DNA from: a virus
Lineage: Duplodnaviria; Caudoviricetes
Virus record (IMG/VR): IMGVR_UViG_3300027419_000078
Coordinates: 1-30,917 of that record
DNA length: 30,917 nucleotides
Reading direction: 5' to 3' (one strand)
Shown here: piece by piece, positions 25,717 through 30,917 of the stretch
Layout of the letters: every line of letters starts with the position of its first letter
How positions within the stretch are numbered: position 1 is the stretch's first letter
Position numbers and translations under genes: made by a program
The notes under the pieces: model-generated
The model's database searches: none
The model's input: only the letters and a program-made list of their open reading frames with translations
Told to the model about the DNA's origin: nothing

Positions 25717-27138
25717 ATGGAAGACTATCAGATGGGGAGTGGATTATTTACTCCGCAATCACCACAGTTCGTTCAAGATGTGAGACAAGGGAGTTCTTTC
25801 GAATCGGTAACTGAGACGGTCAACATAGCCGCTACTGGATATGTAAAAGATGCAGCAGGTTCAACCGTCGTTGTCGATCTTACACAAGGCCCCATATTGG
25901 AAAAATACGGTAGCAAAATAGGTAGTTTCTGGGGTTCTCCTCAGAATCTTATGTATACACAAAAGGTTCAAGCAGTTAGCGAAACAGACGGTGCCGCTAG
26001 TTTTGGCGCATATGACGCAACTACTGATCTCGAGAAAATCTTTGAGAGTTCTACTTCGGCGAGATATATTGCTAAATTAACAGATGGCGCAGGGAATACG
26101 CTATATGGTTGGATTGGAGGCGTTGCTGTTGCTTCTAATGTTTATACGTTTAGTATTTACAGCGAAGTTGGACTAAGTACCCAAAACTGGTTTCAGGGTG
26201 GTGCCACGACTTATAGTCACAGTTACGGTTCGACGGTGCAAATATTCAGATATGCGAGCTCACTCGTATTTGGATCCACGAATACGTTTACAGAAGAAAT
26301 ACCTTATCATTCTCCTTCCGATCCATCAAAGGAAGCCGAAACAGAGTTTAGATTTTTGGCAAGCTTAACAAATGGTCAATACGGTATAGACTACAAAAAC
26401 AATCGATTCTTGGGTAGAAAGGCGAACACCGATGATACGGAAGTCTTCACATATCGAAGTTTCGCAGGTCCGGGTGGGACAGCAGATAGCGTCAATGTGG
26501 CTCAATGGGGAGGTACTGCGACGACGCTGGGTCAAAAAGCCGCGGCTTCGTCAGTTCCTGTCGTACTGGCTAACGATGTTGACGTTGAGGTTGTTGGGAA
26601 TGTAGCACATGACGCCGTGGACTCGGGCAATCCTGTTAAGATGGGTGGACGTGCTAGAAGTTCACAAATTGCCGCTGTTGCAGAAAACGACAGAAGTGAT
26701 TTAATCACAACGCTTAATGGCGAGTTAATCACCGCAGGTTATTCTTACGCAAACCAGAATAATCGTGTAGGCGAAACCGATCCGATCAGCACGCATCATG
26801 TCGAGGCTTCTTTGGCGACAGTGACGAACGGAGCGAATGGGACGTATTATTATTATGTGGATATGGACGGGTATTCCAATATGGGAACACAACTCGTTTT
26901 GACCGGTACGCTAGTTGTGACTGTCGAGGCGACAGTACAAGATGACGGTACCGCACAAGCAAGCTGTACTTATGTGGACGTAACAACTGACGCTTATGGA
27001 GTGGCTTCTTTCGCCGCTTCAGCTATGCTTAATGATTCACTTGGATTCTTTGGACAGTTCAAATACGTTAGGATCAAAGTCGTGGCAAGCGGAGGTGGTA
27101 CAGACGACTGGACGATTTATTCAAAGAGAAAATACTAA
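25717..27138 (+). CDS. virion structural protein (tail/fibre-associated)
   Basis: G/T/A/S-rich; TLGQKAAASSVPVVLA and GNVAHDAVDSGNPVKMGG segments like those of phage fibres. Confidence 0.55.
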   Translation: MEDYQMGSGLFTPQSPQFVQDVRQGSSFESVTETVNIAATGYVKDAAGSTVVVDLTQGPILEKYGSKIGSFWGSPQNLMYTQKVQAVSETDGAASFGAYDATTDLEKIFESSTSARYIAKLTDGAGNTLYGWIGGVAVASNVYTFSIYSEVGLSTQNWFQGGATTYSHSYGSTVQIFRYASSLVFGSTNTFTEEIPYHSPSDPSKEAETEFRFLASLTNGQYGIDYKNNRFLGRKANTDDTEVFTYRSFAGPGGTADSVNVAQWGGTATTLGQKAAASSVPVVLANDVDVEVVGNVAHDAVDSGNPVKMGGRARSSQIAAVAENDRSDLITTLNGELITAGYSYANQNNRVGETDPISTHHVEASLATVTNGANGTYYYYVDMDGYSNMGTQLVLTGTLVVTVEATVQDDGTAQASCTYVDVTTDAYGVASFAASAMLNDSLGFFGQFKYVRIKVVASGGGTDDWTIYSKRKY

Positions 27139-27156
27139 CCTTTAACCAATCAGAAA

Positions 27157-27591
27157 ATGGATACAAAGTTTCCAACTATACCCACATACAGAACCGAAAA
27201 AGCGACCGGCACATTGCCACAAACGACTCAAGGCGTTTTGTTCACAATCAGTGGCCGTGTGAGACTTATCGATATTATTGGTGAAGTTACGACACAAATC
27301 GGCGCAGGTGCAAATAATGCAAAGCTGATTTCAAATCCCACCGTGGGTGCTGATGTCGATATATGCGCCCAATTGGATATTGACGGCGATGTTGTAGGCA
27401 CGATGTATTCAATCACCGGTACGCTTGCAGATGCGATGATAGCAACTACTTCAGGAGCCTTCAGGTCACAAGTAAGCGCAGTGACGCTTGCGGCAGGTAC
27501 CCTAGATTTATACTGCTCCGCTTCCAAGACAGGCTCAGTAAAATGGACAGTCGTTTACCAACCCATCGATTCAACTGCTAAAATTGTTTAA
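27157..27591 (+). CDS. small structural beta protein
   Basis: 144 aa; resembles the C-terminal domain of 23230..25023. Confidence 0.55.
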   Translation: MDTKFPTIPTYRTEKATGTLPQTTQGVLFTISGRVRLIDIIGEVTTQIGAGANNAKLISNPTVGADVDICAQLDIDGDVVGTMYSITGTLADAMIATTSGAFRSQVSAVTLAAGTLDLYCSASKTGSVKWTVVYQPIDSTAKIV

Positions 27592-27593
27592 TC

Positions 27594-27833
27594 ATGACGA
27601 CAGAAGAATATTTTTCACAAATTGATCTTTCCGAAATGGAAGGAAGTGCGGACTCATTCCCACCTTCAAGTCTTATCAATCCCACAGACGAAACTATAAA
27701 GGCCGTGATTCAGGCTTATATCGACGGGACTCCGATTATTGACATAAAAATAAATATCGTTGAGGACGGGCATCATCTGAGTTTCAATCAGATATATCAA
27801 GTTATTAAGGCGTGTCAGGCTATTGAGGTTTAA
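27594..27833 (+). CDS. hypothetical acidic protein
   Basis: 79-aa ORF packed in the operon. Confidence 0.5.
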   Translation: MTTEEYFSQIDLSEMEGSADSFPPSSLINPTDETIKAVIQAYIDGTPIIDIKINIVEDGHHLSFNQIYQVIKACQAIEV

Positions 27834-27843
27834 CAAATTTAAA

Positions 27844-29178
27844 ATGTCTTTAATACAAAACTCACAGAATGCAGAACGACAGAGGGGATGTTTCTTCGCT
27901 GACGATTTCCTGACACGGGCAAGCGTAGAGGCGAATAACGGGACAGTATCAGGTACACCGCAGTTTGGTGGAGGAATGGTGTTGAATGGTACCACGGATT
28001 ATGTCACCTATAACGTCATTGCTAAATCGCCAGTTGGAAGCCAGTTTAGTGCGGTGGTTTGGTTTAATCCAAACTTTGAGGCCAACGAAGACGTGCTGCG
28101 TAGACTTTTTCTTACAACAACCGGTTTTTCAGTTGCCAAAACGCAAAGCGCTCTGAACAACACACTCAGAATTGTTATGGCTGGTGGTGTAGTTGGCGAC
28201 ATACCTTATGCAACCTATTCTCCGTATTGGAATACGGGAAGAATAAACCGCCTTGCCGTCACAAGTACATCGGGCAATACAAGTGTTTGGCTGAATGGTG
28301 TACAGGTATTAACTGGTTCCGCTACCGCGTGGGCTTTTACATCGATCAGCGACTTGTATGTTGGTTCCGGTGCGGCCGGTGCCAATCTTTTCAAGGGTAC
28401 TATTCATGGCATAAGATTGTTCGATAGAAAGCTTGATAACAACGAGGCCTTGAGTTATTCAAATGGTTCAGTTTACTCATACAAAAGTCAATCTGTTGTA
28501 AATCTTCCAATGAGAATGGCGCAACACGACATTGCGAATGCCCGTTCTCTTGATATTTCAGGATACGGGAATCATGCAGCTTGGACGGCTGGCGTGACTG
28601 CGCCGACCAAAAGGACCCAACATCCTGGATATTATTTCGATGGAGCTAACAGTCTAATGCAGATCCCCAGCTCGGCATCTAATACCTTTGGGAATGGGAC
28701 GACTGACACTCCGTTTTCTATCTCGTTCTGGTCTAAAATGGATTCCGTTACGGCCTTCAGAGCTGTCTACAAACGCCAAAGCCCAGGAAATGCGGAGTAT
28801 CAATTGGGCGTAGCTAGTAGCAATATCTTTTGGAATTGCTTTGATCAGAGTTCTGGTGGATATATCGGCAGACAATCAGTATATGCCTTGAGTAACCATC
28901 TAAAGCAACCCACTCATATCGTTGGTACTTATGATGGATCAAGCACAAATGCTGGTATGAAATTTTACATTGATGCAGTCCAGAGGGATACGGCCAACAG
29001 TACTGCCGGTTCCTATACGGCGATGGAGAATACGGGTGTCCCCATCACCATAGGGAAATTCAGTACCGGATATGCTCAAGGTGACATTTGGGATGTTGAA
29101 ATTTATCCGACCGAATTAACACAAATGCAGGTTGCTGATTTATACACTTCCGGGCAACTAACCCTTAATAGAATTTAA
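27844..29178 (+). CDS. protein with two LamG/ConA-like domains
   Basis: LNGTTDYV, FSAVVWF, VWLNGV and FKGTIHGIRLFDRKL; second copy FSISFW, HIVGTYDG, VEIYPTELT. ATG 27844 preferred. Confidence 0.8.
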   Translation: MSLIQNSQNAERQRGCFFADDFLTRASVEANNGTVSGTPQFGGGMVLNGTTDYVTYNVIAKSPVGSQFSAVVWFNPNFEANEDVLRRLFLTTTGFSVAKTQSALNNTLRIVMAGGVVGDIPYATYSPYWNTGRINRLAVTSTSGNTSVWLNGVQVLTGSATAWAFTSISDLYVGSGAAGANLFKGTIHGIRLFDRKLDNNEALSYSNGSVYSYKSQSVVNLPMRMAQHDIANARSLDISGYGNHAAWTAGVTAPTKRTQHPGYYFDGANSLMQIPSSASNTFGNGTTDTPFSISFWSKMDSVTAFRAVYKRQSPGNAEYQLGVASSNIFWNCFDQSSGGYIGRQSVYALSNHLKQPTHIVGTYDGSSTNAGMKFYIDAVQRDTANSTAGSYTAMENTGVPITIGKFSTGYAQGDIWDVEIYPTELTQMQVADLYTSGQLTLNRI

Positions 29179-29179
29179 A

Positions 29180-29884
29180 ATGGCTTATTTAACACAAACA
29201 CTTCTGAGGGATGGCGACATGGCATTGTGGCATGATTATACTGCAAATAGCTTGGTTGACTTAAGAGCGAATGGGAATGATGGAGTGATGGAAGCCTCGC
29301 CTTATTTTAACCGCGTAGGTGTCAATTTAGACGGTATTTCGCAATATATAAATGTGGCCGACAATGACAGCCTCTCTTTCGCCGGAGGTGGCGATATACC
29401 GTGCACTCTTGTTTCTTTTTTTGTACCACAACCTGCCTCCAGTTTTCCGCTTATGACGAAAGGTGTTCCGAATGTGAATGGTGAATATGATTTAATACTC
29501 CATACTGACGGCAAACTCTATGTGCATTTTTACGATAACGACACTGTGGATTGTTATGTTGGACGAATGTATAACACGGCTTTAACAACTAAACCTTCGG
29601 ACAAAATGTGTGTAATAGCCACATACGACGGCAATCGGCTTAGCTCAGGCGTGAAGATTTATCTTAACGGATTACAGGTTGATGATACCAATTCTGAAAA
29701 CAATGTTGTTAATTACGTCTCCATGAAAAACAGAGATGGCGAATTACACTTTGGCGAAGTTTCAGGGAAGTGGGGAAGCTACTACGGGGCTGGCGCGATC
29801 AAACATAATCTACTTATCCGCAGGCAGTTGACGGCTACAGAAGCATCTCAGCTTTATTCCGAACTTATTAACAATGCTTACTAA
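29180..29884 (+). CDS. LamG/ConA-like domain protein
   Basis: LDGISQYI, VIATYDG, KIYLNG and RRQLTATEASQLY. Confidence 0.8.
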   Translation: MAYLTQTLLRDGDMALWHDYTANSLVDLRANGNDGVMEASPYFNRVGVNLDGISQYINVADNDSLSFAGGGDIPCTLVSFFVPQPASSFPLMTKGVPNVNGEYDLILHTDGKLYVHFYDNDTVDCYVGRMYNTALTTKPSDKMCVIATYDGNRLSSGVKIYLNGLQVDDTNSENNVVNYVSMKNRDGELHFGEVSGKWGSYYGAGAIKHNLLIRRQLTATEASQLYSELINNAY

Positions 29885-30915
29885 TGGGGAATACTAAAAA
29901 ATCAGCTCGGAATAGACTTGAAACGTATTTCAATACCACTGATGGCAAAATATTAGGCTGGCACGAATTCACTGAAGCTACTGGTATTATCCCTGACTTG
30001 ATAGGCAGATGTGGCGACATGACAATCACGGGTTCAGCCAATGTGGCAGACGAGTCAATCGGGATAGCTTCGCGATTCGCTGGTGCTGGTGATTACGCGA
30101 TGGTGGGGGGTCCGAGTACCGCTGTTCAAGAACTTATACATAACTCAAATACTGATGGCTTTGCCCTTTCAATTTGGACGAAACCGGTTTCAGTTGCCTC
30201 TGAACAGGTAGTTGTATCTCAAGAAGATGCCGCTGGTACTGGTCAAAACTGGTTATCGTTTTGTAAGCCAGGAGGCGTGATTGGTGATGAAATTGCTACA
30301 GACTTAGGTGGTACGGCTACTTACTCAGGTGCGGTTGCCGTGATCAATCAGTGGTACAACGTAATTATAAATTATACCGCCGTCCAAGCTCCTGATACTT
30401 ATGGAAGATTGGCGATTTGGGTGAATGGAGTGATGATTAACAACGCAATGCCGATCGAGAAGAATTTGGATGAAGGTGTTTGTGGTGCCTTGAGAATCGC
30501 TACGGATAAATCAGGCGGAACTCATTTCAACGGATACTTAAATCAGATGTTGTTATATAGACGTGCGCTACTTGACGCTGAAATTCAGGCTATAAACAAC
30601 AGGGGTGTAATTCAGTTTCAGGGTGCTTATGGCGCGGCCGTTACAAATACACTCGCAGCAGGTCAAATAGGTGATACTCCTTTTCAAATCAGTTCAGGAA
30701 CTCACAAGATTGTTGATGACACCATTGACGGACAGAGGGTTAAGGCTATCGAGTGCGTGACTTCAGGAGTCGTTTACGCTCCTGTTCAAGCACTAGGAAT
30801 TCAGTCAGAAGAAGGTGCTTATGGTACTTACGAATGGTGGTTGTGGAAAGAAACCGCCGGTACTACCAGTGAGATTCTCTGGTGCGCAGACGAGATCGGT
30901 GGTGCATCCGCAGCA
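29884..30915 (+). CDS. 3'-truncated LamG-domain protein, absent from ORF track
   Basis: ATG 29884 (TAATG overlap): MGNTKKSARNRLETYF...FALSIWTKP...NQWYNV...IWVNGV...FNGYLNQMLLYRRALLDAEI; open to the window end. Confidence 0.8.
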   Translation, partial: MGNTKKSARNRLETYFNTTDGKILGWHEFTEATGIIPDLIGRCGDMTITGSANVADESIGIASRFAGAGDYAMVGGPSTAVQELIHNSNTDGFALSIWTKPVSVASEQVVVSQEDAAGTGQNWLSFCKPGGVIGDEIATDLGGTATYSGAVAVINQWYNVIINYTAVQAPDTYGRLAIWVNGVMINNAMPIEKNLDEGVCGALRIATDKSGGTHFNGYLNQMLLYRRALLDAEIQAINNRGVIQFQGAYGAAVTNTLAAGQIGDTPFQISSGTHKIVDDTIDGQRVKAIECVTSGVVYAPVQALGIQSEEGAYGTYEWWLWKETAGTTSEILWCADEIGGASAA

Positions 30916-30917
30916 AG

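Noticed and set aside
146-29514. Minus-strand and nested alternative-frame ORFs in the track
   Set aside because: They lie opposite or inside well-supported + strand genes and show no recognisable motifs.
1-30917. Alternative genetic code (TAG or TGA recoding)
   Set aside because: Conserved genes are full length in code 11, and TAG/TGA end genes at natural boundaries (recT TGA, csp TGA, portal TAG).
27844-30917. Diversity-generating retroelement target
   Set aside because: No reverse transcriptase and no near-identical template/variable repeat pair seen; paralogy is only at protein level.

Overview
About 31 kb of a tailed dsDNA bacteriophage genome (podovirus-like head module). Essentially every credible gene is on the + strand and uses the standard code. 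The window crosses the late/early junction. It runs: 3' end of a large LPD38-type internal virion protein; M23 endolysin and probable holin; terminator; a ~350 bp non-coding region with seven perfect DnaA-box-consensus 9-mers plus DnaA-trio-like repeats (oriC mimic); the whole early/middle region; then terminase, portal, scaffold, decoration, major capsid and LamG-rich structural genes. The early/middle region holds HTH regulators, RecT, a PD-(D/E)XK nuclease-FtsK fusion, NinG, many small Zn-finger/membrane ORFs, a structured ncRNA locus with two anticodon-less tRNA-like folds, a 3D-domain cell-wall enzyme, GroES/GroEL and a cold-shock protein. I recognise no integrase, initiator, helicase, primase or polymerase. 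Many genes lack Shine-Dalgarno sites and carry a TAACC motif 12-16 nt before ATG; a CPR-like or other non-SD host is an inference only. Best leads: the apparent host-DnaA-driven origin, the tRNA-mimic RNA locus, the nuclease-FtsK fusion beside RecT, a repeated promoter/leader cassette, and an A10 frameshift at the start of terL. All calls come from reading the sequence by eye; no searches were run.
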